Positions 17,586 through 27,207 of a DNA stretch of 64,000 nt are shown here, piece after piece (positions within the stretch are counted from its first letter, which is position 1; each line of letters opens with the position of its first letter). The translations under genes were made by a program, and so were the position numbers. The DNA is from Candidatus Saccharimonadales bacterium (GTDB lineage Bacteria > Patescibacteriota > Saccharimonadia > Saccharimonadales > UBA4665), in NCBI GenBank assembly GCA_044449925.1, contig JBIOIO010000004.1, positions 2,560 through 66,559 on the forward strand, in the 5' to 3' direction. The notes under the pieces were generated by a model, which saw only the letters and a list, made by a program, of their open reading frames with translations, made no database searches and was not told the DNA's origin.

Positions 17586-18674
17586 TTATTTATTTGCAAG
17601 ATTATATTCAAGATAAGCATCGATTAACGGCTGAAGTTCTCCATCTAATATACTGTCCGGATCGCTAGACTCGTACTTAGTGCGCAAATCTTTAACTTGT
17701 TTATAAGGATGGAGGACATAGCTCCGAATTTGATTGCCCCACTCTGCCGATTGATTGGGCCCTTTTAAATCTTCCAGGTGGTCTTTATGCTGTTCAAGCT
17801 GCAGCTGAGCTAGTCTAGACCTTAATATGGTAAGTGCCGTTTCTTTATTCTGCAGCTGACTACGTTCATTCTGAATTGCCACGGTAAGTCCAGTGGGAAT
17901 ATGTGTGACACGTACTGCTGAGTCGGTAGTGTTAACGCTTTGGCCACCATGGCCACCACTTCTATAAACATCGATTTTTAAGTCTTTTTCGTCAAGTTCG
18001 ACTTCATTTGGCTTATCGATCTTAGGTACTATTTCGACCTTTGCAAAACTTGTTTGACGAAGATTATCCGAATTAAATGGACTTAGTCTCACAAGTCTAT
18101 GCACTCCGTGCTCGCCTTTCAGCTTACCGTATACATCGACACCCGAAATTGTTAATGTTACGCTCTTCAGTCCGGCTTCCTCACCACTGGATTGATCAAT
18201 GGTAATAGCCTTCCAGCCGTTTTTTTCGAAGAATCTGCTATACATCCTAAGAAGCATTTGAGCCCAATCTTGTGCGTCAGTCCCTCCCGCACCTGCATAT
18301 ATACTTAGTATCGCATCATGATCATCATAAGGACCGTTCAACTTTAATTCGTCTTTCATTTTTTCGAATTTTTTTTCAATTTTATCCAATTGTCTCGTCA
18401 ACTCATCTGTTAATGAAGGGTCATTTAACGCAGTCATTTCTTGGGCTTCGGAAATACTTTTTTGCAGTTCCTGCCAGGGCTTAACTTTTGTTTCCAATTT
18501 AGAGATCTCTTGCATAACATTTTGTGCATGCGAAGAATCGTTCCAAAAATCTGGATTTGTACTTTCTTTTTGTAAATCACCTAGCTGATTTGAAAGCTCT
18601 GAAATTTTTAATTGCAAAGCCGCAGCATCGATCAACTTACTGATTTCGACAGCTTTTTTTTGCAACTCTTCCAT
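17586..18674 (-). CDS. prfB: peptide chain release factor 2 (single uninterrupted frame)
   Basis: SPF tripeptide (RLSPFNS) and GGQ ([10 protein letters not shown]). The track ORF extends to 18827, but that extension overlaps the upstream M16 gene. The ATG at 18674 (MEELQKKAVEIS...) gives a typical 362 aa protein. Confidence 0.92.
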   Translation of the reverse strand: MEELQKKAVEISKLIDAAALQLKISELSNQLGDLQKESTNPDFWNDSSHAQNVMQEISKLETKVKPWQELQKSISEAQEMTALNDPSLTDELTRQLDKIEKKFEKMKDELKLNGPYDDHDAILSIYAGAGGTDAQDWAQMLLRMYSRFFEKNGWKAITIDQSSGEEAGLKSVTLTISGVDVYGKLKGEHGVHRLVRLSPFNSDNLRQTSFAKVEIVPKIDKPNEVELDEKDLKIDVYRSGGHGGQSVNTTDSAVRVTHIPTGLTVAIQNERSQLQNKETALTILRSRLAQLQLEQHKDHLEDLKGPNQSAEWGNQIRSYVLHPYKQVKDLRTKYESSDPDSILDGELQPLIDAYLEYNLANK

Positions 18675-18693
18675 TGACCTAAAGTATACCAGT

Positions 18694-20001
18694 TCACTTT
18701 GATATAGGTCGCGTTTGCCATAGAGAAGAAATCTGCGTCTCAAGTTCGTGTGTGAATATCTCGCCACAGTTACCCAGTACTCCAAATCCCCAAAGGTTGT
18801 CAGCAAACATAGCTTTTGTGACTTCAATTATTGCGGATTTGTTTATAGCTTTAATACGATCAGGTATTCGGTAATAGTCTTCTATGACTCCGTCGAAGAA
18901 ATAGCGTCCAGTGTATCCGCTAGCGGTCCCTCCTACCGTTTGTGCACTCCGCTGAAACCGGCCTAAAGCATATTGTTTGGCTGCATCTATTTCACTTTTT
19001 GGGGTATCTCCAGATTGCACCTTATATATCTCGTCGACAGTGATTTTTAAAAGCGCAGCAGCGTTTTTATCTGATACTTGTGCGCCAAACCATAAGTTAC
19101 TGGCATTTCTTGTATGGCTAAGCCCGGAATTCATTCCGTAAACAAGACCATGCTCTCTAGCAGTTCCTAATATTTTTGAATAAAGTGTCTCTGTAAGCAT
19201 TGTGTTTACAAGACTAAGAGCATCAGTTTCATCATCAGTTAGCCGCCTATTAATAAAGGTATCGATGTAGAAGTATATGTTTTCAACCGTGTCGTTTGGT
19301 ACGTAAACCGGGTGATGAGCTATACTTTTTGGTCTTTCGTGCGGCAAAGCAAATCTTCGTTTATGTTTTGGCAAGTCAATTGCTTCCAGCAAGTCGGCTA
19401 GTTGTTGCTTGCGTTTCGGAGTAACATTACCTGCTATAACAAAGCGCATATTTCCGGTGTAATGGGTCTTTGCATAGTGTTCCCTGACATCGTCCACAGT
19501 TACATTTTTCATAATTTGTAGGCGTTCTGCGTCAGTTTTTGCAATAAGTCCAAGAGCCTCGCGCATTTCAAGACTCAAACGTCTAAAATGATTGTTGCTA
19601 CGAGCTACCATTTCTTCTTCGACATTCCCAAATTCTGCTTTAAATTCTTCATCCAAGAAGAGTGGTTTCGTAATAGCTACCAACATTAGACCTAATACTC
19701 TATCCCATTCGAAATCAGCACACTCTGCCTCATATGTGATGTCGTAAACTCCAGTCGTTGCGTTGCTATAGGCACCATTCTTCTCTAATTCTTCTTGAAA
19801 ATCTCTGGCCCTTGGGATGAGTTCGTTAGCCCCCAATAAAACATGCTCCATTAGATGTGGAACTTCCCATTTATCAGGTTTTACTAGGTACTCACCAGCT
19901 CTAAAGTTGAAATCAAAGGTCATCACGGTTGCGTCAGGCACGTTTATAATCAAGCCTTTTGCTCCATTTTTGAGAACCATTTCCGATACGGTATGTCGCA
20001 T
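18694..20001 (-). CDS. M16 family (pitrilysin/insulinase-like) zinc peptidase
   Basis: 435 aa. Inverted zinc motif HLMEH (HxxEH) near the N-terminus. Confidence 0.85.
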   Translation of the reverse strand: MRHTVSEMVLKNGAKGLIINVPDATVMTFDFNFRAGEYLVKPDKWEVPHLMEHVLLGANELIPRARDFQEELEKNGAYSNATTGVYDITYEAECADFEWDRVLGLMLVAITKPLFLDEEFKAEFGNVEEEMVARSNNHFRRLSLEMREALGLIAKTDAERLQIMKNVTVDDVREHYAKTHYTGNMRFVIAGNVTPKRKQQLADLLEAIDLPKHKRRFALPHERPKSIAHHPVYVPNDTVENIYFYIDTFINRRLTDDETDALSLVNTMLTETLYSKILGTAREHGLVYGMNSGLSHTRNASNLWFGAQVSDKNAAALLKITVDEIYKVQSGDTPKSEIDAAKQYALGRFQRSAQTVGGTASGYTGRYFFDGVIEDYYRIPDRIKAINKSAIIEVTKAMFADNLWGFGVLGNCGEIFTHELETQISSLWQTRPISK

Positions 20002-20018
20002 AGTAAGAGTTTGCCAGC

Positions 20019-22628
20019 TTATTTCTTGCGTCTTTTCGCAGCTGTTTTTCGTTTACGTTCTTTTTTACGAGCCTTTTTAATATCGCTTGAAGCTTTTTTC
20101 TTTACTGTGGCTGAATTTTTTTTGTTTGCAAAATCTTCGGCTTCAAACTCTGTTTCGGCAGTAGTTATTTGAGAGGCGTTACTGACTGAACCCCTCGCCG
20201 CTATTGTTAGATCAGTTTCTGTAGCTCTATCCAGTTCCTCTTCCGAAATTGGCTGAGCGTGGAAAAGATGTAGTAGTACGTCGTGACGCAATGAGTTTTG
20301 CAAATCTTCAAATATCATCTGCCCTCTGCGTCTATATTCGACCAACGGGTCTTGCTGGCCAACACTCATCCAATGTATACCTTCTCTAAGGTGGTCCATA
20401 TTTTCAAGATGTTGCATCCATAGATTGTCCAATACCTGAAGATATATGTCTCGTTCAACTTTGTGCAAAATTTCCTTTGTAAAAGCTACTTCCCTGGCCT
20501 CGTAGAGCTCAAGTGCCTCGGTTTCTAGTACTTTTTCAAATTTGCTTGCGTCTGAATCGAATAGACGATCGAGAGTTGCTTCGTCAAAAGGAAATATTTC
20601 ACGCACAATATCTTCAAATGTGTCTGATGTAACCAACGGTGACGTTGCAAGCTCATGTGCTTCTTCTTGAATGAGTATTTTTATTCGTTTTGATATCGTA
20701 ACTGATTTTAAAATTTCGCGTCGCATAGCATATATAGCTTTACGATGACGGTTCATAACATCGTCATACTGAACAACGTTCTTACGCTGATCAAAATGAA
20801 ATCCCTCTACTTTTTTCTGTGCTCCCTCAAGTGATTTGCTAATTATTCTGTTTTCTATAGGTGTCTCATCATCAACACTCAATCTCGACATTATGCCTGC
20901 GATTCTATCTCCTCCGAATATTCGCATAAGATCGTCTTCGGTGCTTACAAAAAACTGTGTTATTCCAGGATCTCCTTGTCGGCCAGACCGACCTCTAAGC
21001 TGATTATCGATACGCCTTGATTCATGTCTTTCGCTTCCAAGAACGAATAGTCCGCCCAGCTCCTTGATACCTTCTCCAAGTACAATGTCCGTACCCCTTC
21101 CGGCGATGTTTGTTGCTAGTGTAACTGCCCCTTTTTCACCGGCCTGCGCTACTATTTTCGCTTCTCTTTCATTGTTTTTGGCATTCAACACTTGATGAGG
21201 CACACCTGCCTTATTAAGCATTTTTCCAAGCTCTTCGTTCTTCTCGATTGAAACTGTACCGATAAGAACTGGCTGCCCCTTGGTGTGTAGAGTTTTTACT
21301 TCTCTAATAATTGCCTTGAACTTAGCTTTTTCTGACTGATAAATACGATCAGGACGATCTATTCTAGCTAATACCCTATTAGACGGAATCTCCACTACAT
21401 CTAGCTTATATATCTGGTGAAACTCTTCAGCCTCTGTAAGCGCTGTTCCGGTCATACCTGCAAGCTTATCGTACAAGCGAAAATAGTTTTGGAATGAAAT
21501 AGTAGCAAGCGTCATACTTTCTTGCTGAACTTCAACATTTTCCTTTGCTTCAATAGCCTGGTGTAGTCCTTCGTTATATCGTCTTCCCGCAAGCAGACGT
21601 CCCGTGAATTCGTCGACTATTACAACTTCACCTTCATTTGTTACGACATAGTCTTTGTCCCTGTGAAACAGAGCATGCGCACGAAGTGCTTGCTGCAAAT
21701 GATAAATAGTCCTTATATTCTCAGATCCATACAGGTTATCTATTCCCAAGATTTTCTGGATTTTTTCGACTCCGGCGTCCGTAAGTATTACTGTTTTGCG
21801 TTTTTCATCAGTTTCAAAATGCTTCTCTTTTAGCAGTTGGCGGACTATTTTAGCAAACTGAGAATATGCGGTTCCGCTGGTAACACTTGGAGCGCTAATA
21901 ATAAGTGGTGTTCTCGCCTCATCTATCAGGATTGAGTCGACCTCGTCAACGATGGCATAATGTAAATCACGTTGACGAAGCTGGTCCTCTTCCCTGACCA
22001 TATTGTCACGAAGATAATCGAAGCCAAATTCATTATTTGTTCCGTAAGTAATATCTGCCGCGTATGCTTCTTGCCTGGTAGAAGGTTTTAAGTGTCTAAA
22101 ACGCTCGTCCTCATGTTCTGTATTCGTAAAATCTTTATCATAAATATATGAGTAATCGCCTACTATAACGCCAACCTGCATGCCCAAGAAACTATATACC
22201 TGACCCATCCAACCTGCGTCTCGCTGTGCCAAGTAATCGTTTACGGTTACCACATGAACACCTTTTTCGGTAAGGGCATTAAGATAAACCGGTGCCGTTG
22301 CGACAAGAGTTTTTCCTTCTCCGGTTTTCATTTCCGACACATTTCCCTCGTGCAGCACCATGCCTCCAATTAGCTGAACATCAAAATGTCTTTGGCCTAG
22401 AGAACGTGTAGCGGCCTCACGTACTACGGCAAACGCGTCTGGCAATATATCGTCCAGCGATTCCTTTTTTAGTCTCTTTTTTAATACTTCAGATTGACCT
22501 TTCAAATCTTTGTCGGACATTTTTTTGTATTTGTCGCCAAGAGCATTAACTAAAGCAACCCGTTTGCGTAGCCTTTTTACGGTTTTCGCCTGCGGGTCAC
22601 CTAATATTTTTTTAAAAACAATATTCAT
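20019..22628 (-). CDS. secA: preprotein translocase ATPase SecA
   Basis: 869 aa. MKTGEGKTLVA Walker A, the DEVDSILIDEARTPLIIS motif, and a Lys/Arg-rich C-terminal tail without the Zn-finger cysteines. Confidence 0.97.
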   Translation of the reverse strand: MNIVFKKILGDPQAKTVKRLRKRVALVNALGDKYKKMSDKDLKGQSEVLKKRLKKESLDDILPDAFAVVREAATRSLGQRHFDVQLIGGMVLHEGNVSEMKTGEGKTLVATAPVYLNALTEKGVHVVTVNDYLAQRDAGWMGQVYSFLGMQVGVIVGDYSYIYDKDFTNTEHEDERFRHLKPSTRQEAYAADITYGTNNEFGFDYLRDNMVREEDQLRQRDLHYAIVDEVDSILIDEARTPLIISAPSVTSGTAYSQFAKIVRQLLKEKHFETDEKRKTVILTDAGVEKIQKILGIDNLYGSENIRTIYHLQQALRAHALFHRDKDYVVTNEGEVVIVDEFTGRLLAGRRYNEGLHQAIEAKENVEVQQESMTLATISFQNYFRLYDKLAGMTGTALTEAEEFHQIYKLDVVEIPSNRVLARIDRPDRIYQSEKAKFKAIIREVKTLHTKGQPVLIGTVSIEKNEELGKMLNKAGVPHQVLNAKNNEREAKIVAQAGEKGAVTLATNIAGRGTDIVLGEGIKELGGLFVLGSERHESRRIDNQLRGRSGRQGDPGITQFFVSTEDDLMRIFGGDRIAGIMSRLSVDDETPIENRIISKSLEGAQKKVEGFHFDQRKNVVQYDDVMNRHRKAIYAMRREILKSVTISKRIKILIQEEAHELATSPLVTSDTFEDIVREIFPFDEATLDRLFDSDASKFEKVLETEALELYEAREVAFTKEILHKVERDIYLQVLDNLWMQHLENMDHLREGIHWMSVGQQDPLVEYRRRGQMIFEDLQNSLRHDVLLHLFHAQPISEEELDRATETDLTIAARGSVSNASQITTAETEFEAEDFANKKNSATVKKKASSDIKKARKKERKRKTAAKRRKK

Positions 22629-22753
22629 TAATACAATGCTCTCCCTTTATCCAGAATTACTGCAAAATCCATTCGCAAGTTATAACCTTAGATTATAGCC
22701 GTTTTTAGAGATTATTGCGACTCAAATTTTGCAACCAATGAAAGACATTGTCT

Positions 22754-23116
22754 TCATCTATTTTTTCGTCGAAATCGTGCAATCACATGCCGGTGAAATT
22801 TACCACTTCCATGAATATCTTTATAGGTTTGCAACTGTTTTTTAAGTTTGAGTTCAACTCTGTCTATAGCAGTGTACATTGTTGCTTCGGTCTCTTTAAC
22901 CACGATCGTTTGATGAGGCAAAAAGAAGGCCACTTCGCAAGTATATCGTTCTTTGTTCTTGGCCTTACTCTCCTTAAGAAAAACTTCCCCGTGTGCGCTC
23001 TCCCTGCTATGCCTTGAAATATATCTGTCTAGTTTGCCGATCTTTTTAATTACGTAAGCACGCAATTCTTCATCAACCACTGTATGTATGCCTTGGATTT
23101 CAAACTTTTGTAACAT
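22754..23116 (-). CDS. hpf: ribosome hibernation promoting factor (short HPF/RaiA type)
   Basis: 120 aa. IQGIHTVVDEELRAYVIKKIGKLDRY...TMYTAIDRVELKLKKQL matches the sigma-54 modulation protein/S30EA family. Confidence 0.85.
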   Translation of the reverse strand: MLQKFEIQGIHTVVDEELRAYVIKKIGKLDRYISRHSRESAHGEVFLKESKAKNKERYTCEVAFFLPHQTIVVKETEATMYTAIDRVELKLKKQLQTYKDIHGSGKFHRHVIARFRRKNR

Positions 23117-23117
23117 T

Positions 23118-24413
23118 TTAAATTTCGCTCCTTCCGCCCATATAAGGTTTTAGAATTTCAGGAATAATTACGTTTCCTTCTTTTGTCTGGAAATTTTCAA
23201 TTATTGCAATCAAGGGACGTTCGGAAAAGGCCGTGGCATCGTTTGTATGCGCAAGAACTATGGATCCATCTTTCCGCTTAATTCTTGTTTTCATACCTTG
23301 GGCTTGAAAGTCAGATATATAATCCGCGGTATGTGTCTCACGGTATTTATTCTGGCCTGGCAACCATACTTCTATGTCCATTCCATGGGCATTCGGAAAC
23401 CCAATATCTGCAGTACATTTATTAAGTAGTTGGTACGGCAAGTCCAGTTTTTGCATTAGATGCTCTTGCACAGCAACCAGAAACTTATGCTCTTCAAACG
23501 AATCTTCGGGGGTGTTGAAACATTCCATTTCCAACTTATTAAACTGGTGTAGTCTTAAGATTCCCTCCATGTCTTTTCCATATGTACCAGCTTCACGGCG
23601 AAATGCGGTAGTATATCCTACGTAGCGAATTGGAAGTTCTGACTCTGATAAAATTTCATCTATATACATTGGTGCCAGCGTATGTTCCGCACTGGCGTTG
23701 AGCCAAAGGTCTTCATCTTCAATTTTATAAGTCTGTTCTTCCTTATTTAATCGACCGGTGGCTTCGAATACCTCTTTTTTAGCTGCGGCCGGGGGCAAGA
23801 CCGGTATAAACGGCTTGGGACTAACATTTAAGTTATTTTCTGAAATTATTTTTTCCAGAATGAATTGGTCGGTTAAGGTATTTAATGCAAATTGCCATAG
23901 TGCGAACTCAAGCATTACTAAATCGCCTTTTAAATATACAAATCGCGAGCCTGCTACTTTAGCTGCTCTGTCCTTATCTATCCAGCCTTTATTAACGCCA
24001 ATTTGCCAGTGATTCTTTGGAGTAAAATCAAACGATGGCTTCTCCCCCCATTGCTTAACGACAACATTTTCCTCTTCGCTTTTTCCTACAGGCACGTCAT
24101 CAAGTGGCATATTTGGTACTGTTTTAAGAATAGATAGATATTCTTTCTCGGTCCTTGCATACTCTTGATCAAGCTCGGCAAGTTTCTCTTTTAATAATCT
24201 TCCGGCTTCAACTTGTTCGTCGCTCGGCCTCTGCCCTTTATTTTCTGCAGTTAATTCATTCCGCTTTTTGCGTATATCTTCGATTTGATTAAGCAATTTT
24301 CGCCGCTCATCGTCCGAAGCAATAAGCCCGTCAATATCCACGTCATAGCCTTTTTGCTTGGCCTTCTCTTTAGTTTGTTCAGGATTATCCCGGATATATT
24401 TAATATCTAACAT
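23118..24413 (-). CDS. serS: serine--tRNA ligase
   Basis: 431 aa. MLDIKYIRDNPE N-terminal coiled-coil arm and class II core motifs (FRREAG). Confidence 0.96.
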   Translation of the reverse strand: MLDIKYIRDNPEQTKEKAKQKGYDVDIDGLIASDDERRKLLNQIEDIRKKRNELTAENKGQRPSDEQVEAGRLLKEKLAELDQEYARTEKEYLSILKTVPNMPLDDVPVGKSEEENVVVKQWGEKPSFDFTPKNHWQIGVNKGWIDKDRAAKVAGSRFVYLKGDLVMLEFALWQFALNTLTDQFILEKIISENNLNVSPKPFIPVLPPAAAKKEVFEATGRLNKEEQTYKIEDEDLWLNASAEHTLAPMYIDEILSESELPIRYVGYTTAFRREAGTYGKDMEGILRLHQFNKLEMECFNTPEDSFEEHKFLVAVQEHLMQKLDLPYQLLNKCTADIGFPNAHGMDIEVWLPGQNKYRETHTADYISDFQAQGMKTRIKRKDGSIVLAHTNDATAFSERPLIAIIENFQTKEGNVIIPEILKPYMGGRSEI

Positions 24414-24428
24414 AGCTTCTATTATATG

Positions 24429-25205
24429 CTACTTTCCTTGAAGAGATTCGAGGGTTAATTCTGTTCTTGATCTGGCGTAGGAGCAGTAATCACAGATACC
24501 GCCCATAGCTGCTTCACCTACTGGTGGCATTTTATCGCTATCCATACACTCTTTCATCTTCTTCAATGTTGGCTCTACCCAGCCATCATCACCGCTATAG
24601 GCTATAAGTTTGGTATCAAATTCCAGACGATCATTAAATCCGCTCATATCCATTTTTGCATTTGTATACACAAAGTATCCAATGTCACTAACCGTAAAGT
24701 TATTCATCCTTAGAAGCCATTGATAAACCTCCATCTGTCTTTTATAGCTAATCTGCCAATCCGCATCTAGGCTGACTGGGGATGATTTAGAGGTAGCCTT
24801 GTAGTCGACAACAATTAGTTCCCCGTCCTCGTTTACCCAGACGTCGTCAACCGCTCCAAACACCCATAAATTAGTAGGCTTATGAAGAGTGGTTACACCC
24901 GTAAAATTTGCTCTCCATGTATTTAGATCTTCATGCTCATATGGAATCGCTTTGATTTGGTTATCGAGCATAATTGGATGTGGTTTTCCCTTAGTCCTAT
25001 ACGTATCAAATTCTTTTTTAAAAAGCTCATCTATAGCTTTGTTTATGTTAAACGGTGGTGTATTAGGTCTAGTTATTTTTAGCCTTACATCAATCCAAAA
25101 ACATCTCGGACACTGCATAAACAGCTCGATTTTTGAACGTGATACTTTGAATGGTTTTTCCTGCCCAACCTGATAAGGCTGGGATCGCTCTCTCGCATAA
25201 CTCAT
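24429..25205 (-). CDS. PD-(D/E)XK nuclease family protein, Cas4/RecB-like with two CxxC pairs
   Basis: 258 aa. N-terminal CPRC, a nuclease core GAVDDV...LIVVDYKAT (D...D-x-K), and C-terminal CDYC. This is the Cas4-like four-Cys arrangement. No cas genes are nearby. Confidence 0.7.
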   Translation of the reverse strand: MSYARERSQPYQVGQEKPFKVSRSKIELFMQCPRCFWIDVRLKITRPNTPPFNINKAIDELFKKEFDTYRTKGKPHPIMLDNQIKAIPYEHEDLNTWRANFTGVTTLHKPTNLWVFGAVDDVWVNEDGELIVVDYKATSKSSPVSLDADWQISYKRQMEVYQWLLRMNNFTVSDIGYFVYTNAKMDMSGFNDRLEFDTKLIAYSGDDGWVEPTLKKMKECMDSDKMPPVGEAAMGGICDYCSYARSRTELTLESLQGK

Positions 25206-25232
25206 ATGCCCTATTGTAACAGCTAGGTAGTT

Positions 25233-25859
25233 CTAAACTTCTTCTAATATACGCATCAATTCATTTGGTGTATCAGCGAGCGCAGTCGGTCTTTTTGCAA
25301 CAAGATTCCGCCTTCTGGCAAATCCCCATGATACTGCCACAGTCCTGACGCCAGCAGAATGTGCTGCCTCAATATCCCTTAGTTCATCACATACATATAT
25401 GGCGTCTCCAGGATGAATATGCTGTTCTTTTAAGAGTCTTTTAAGTGCCGGGGCTTTGCCAAAAACACCTACGCCGGCGTAAATTTCTAGGAAATATTTA
25501 TGTATTTTTTGATCGTCTAAAAAGTGGTGGACATTTGAAATAGAATTCGTGCTGAGCATAAATAACTCATGACCTTCATTATGTAATTTCTTAATAATTT
25601 CAGGAATTCCTTCAAAAGGCTTTAGATGCTTGTTCTTAATTGATCGGCGCATTATCCTTCGTCCCCTGTAAAATAACATTGGCGCATCCCACCAATGATA
25701 GCCCAGCTTGGTTGCCATATCGTGCATAGACAGACCTCGAAGTTCTTGTTTCTGCTCTTCACTTAGAGGCGAAAGCTTGGCCTGTTTAACTAAAAACTCA
25801 GAAACATAGTCAAAGCTATCCGCTATTGTGCCGTCCATATCGAATATTATTGCGCTCAC
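25233..25859 (-). CDS. HAD-superfamily hydrolase (phosphatase, subfamily IA-like)
   Basis: 208 aa. Motif I IIFDMDGTIADS and a C-terminal CDELRDIEAA acidic motif. Confidence 0.8.
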   Translation of the reverse strand: MSAIIFDMDGTIADSFDYVSEFLVKQAKLSPLSEEQKQELRGLSMHDMATKLGYHWWDAPMLFYRGRRIMRRSIKNKHLKPFEGIPEIIKKLHNEGHELFMLSTNSISNVHHFLDDQKIHKYFLEIYAGVGVFGKAPALKRLLKEQHIHPGDAIYVCDELRDIEAAHSAGVRTVAVSWGFARRRNLVAKRPTALADTPNELMRILEEV

Positions 25860-25935
25860 ATCCTATAGTGTACTAAATAATCTGTAGGGATAGTTAGATT
25901 GCGCTAATACTAGCGACAAGGATAGAATAATACAT

Positions 25936-26481
25936 ATGGAGAATATGTCATTGGCTACTCTTGGTGGAGGATGTTACTGGTGCCTTGAAGCCTTTTATCA
26001 GCGTGTTAACGGAATTGAGAAAGTTGTGTCCGGCTATAGTGGAGGGCATATAGATAATCCAACCGCTGACCGTGTTTATGAGGGAGATACCGGACATGCG
26101 GAAGTCGTCCAATTAACTTTTAACCCTAAAGTCATTACGTATAAGGAAATCCTTGAGATTTTCTACGTTATGCACGATCCTACTACCTTAAACAGACAAG
26201 GATATGATGTTGGCGATGAGTATCGCTCGATCATTCTTTATCATGATGACGAACAGAAAAAGATAGCCGAATCTGTTACAGAGGAATACGCCTCAAAATT
26301 ATGGAAAGACCCGATAGTTACAGAGATCGTTCCACTTAAGAATTTTTGGAAAGCAGACGAGTATATGCAAGATTATTATAATAAAAATCCTAATGCCGGT
26401 TACTGTCAAATGATCATTGATCCAAAGATCCAGAAGTTAAGACAGAAATTTTCTTCAAAACTTAAGCCTTATCAGACCTAA
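25936..26481 (+). CDS. msrA: peptide-methionine (S)-S-oxide reductase
   Basis: 181 aa. Catalytic GGGCYWCLEAFY motif. Confidence 0.93.
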   Translation: MENMSLATLGGGCYWCLEAFYQRVNGIEKVVSGYSGGHIDNPTADRVYEGDTGHAEVVQLTFNPKVITYKEILEIFYVMHDPTTLNRQGYDVGDEYRSIILYHDDEQKKIAESVTEEYASKLWKDPIVTEIVPLKNFWKADEYMQDYYNKNPNAGYCQMIIDPKIQKLRQKFSSKLKPYQT

Positions 26482-26810
26482 ATACCTCTTCCCAAGAACG
26501 AAAGAATAGTAAGTACTACGAATACCAATCCTAGTATTTGACGAAAATAGTCAGCTCCCTTTAAAAGCTCAAGTAACGCCCAAATTCCCAAGAAGATTGT
26601 GGCGATAAAATGAGTTTTAGTTGCCACGGAAGTTGATGCCGACATAAACGATATAACTTCAAAAACAAACCATAAAATTATCCATATGTTTGGCATCTGT
26701 ACAATAACCACGTTGTCGTCGCTATCTCGCCAAAATTTATCCCATATAGAGCGATCGTCTATTTTTGTATCGTGTTGTCTTTTTAAGCGTCTGTGTTTAG
26801 ACATAACCAT
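26478..26810 (-). CDS. small hypothetical membrane protein (3 TM)
   Basis: 110 aa. Basic N-terminus followed by three hydrophobic helices. No family recognised. Confidence 0.5.
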   Translation of the reverse strand: MVMSKHRRLKRQHDTKIDDRSIWDKFWRDSDDNVVIVQMPNIWIILWFVFEVISFMSASTSVATKTHFIATIFLGIWALLELLKGADYFRQILGLVFVVLTILSFLGRGI

Positions 26811-26829
26811 AAGTATACAATACGTTTAT

Positions 26830-27204
26830 CTAGCTAGATTCTAATTTGTGGATCTGATCATGATTCAAACCATAATAGTGTGCTATTTCATGCCAAAGAG
26901 TACGTTTAATCTGTTCCTTTAATTCGGCTACGTTGTTTGCGCCGTACTGAAGCGGCCTTTTAAACAAGGTTATTTTATCAGGATAAATTTTTGTCATTCC
27001 CTGTCTCTGAGAAAGCGGTGTCCCCTCATAAAGACCCAGTAATGTTTGATGCGGATGCAAGTTTGTCTTTTGTCTTTGTTCCTCAGTAGGTAAGTCTTCG
27101 TATAAAATTGCTACGTTTTTAATATTCTTTACATGTTCTCCGGGCAACTCTTGTAGCGCAGTATTAATTAGCTCCTGAAACTCATCATCATTTACTTCAA
27201 TCAT
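26830..27204 (-). CDS. zincin-like metallopeptidase family protein (small HExxH protein)
   Basis: 124 aa. C-terminal WHEIAHYYG (HExxH) and the overall size are typical of the small 'possible zinc metallopeptidase' family. Confidence 0.75.
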   Translation of the reverse strand: MIEVNDDEFQELINTALQELPGEHVKNIKNVAILYEDLPTEEQRQKTNLHPHQTLLGLYEGTPLSQRQGMTKIYPDKITLFKRPLQYGANNVAELKEQIKRTLWHEIAHYYGLNHDQIHKLESS

Positions 27205-27207
27205 TGT

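Noticed and set aside
18675-18827. N-terminal extension of the prfB ORF in the track (MKSQKLCLL...).
   Set aside because: It overlaps the 3' end of the M16 peptidase gene and is not RF2-like. The conserved RF2 N-terminus begins at the ATG at 18674.
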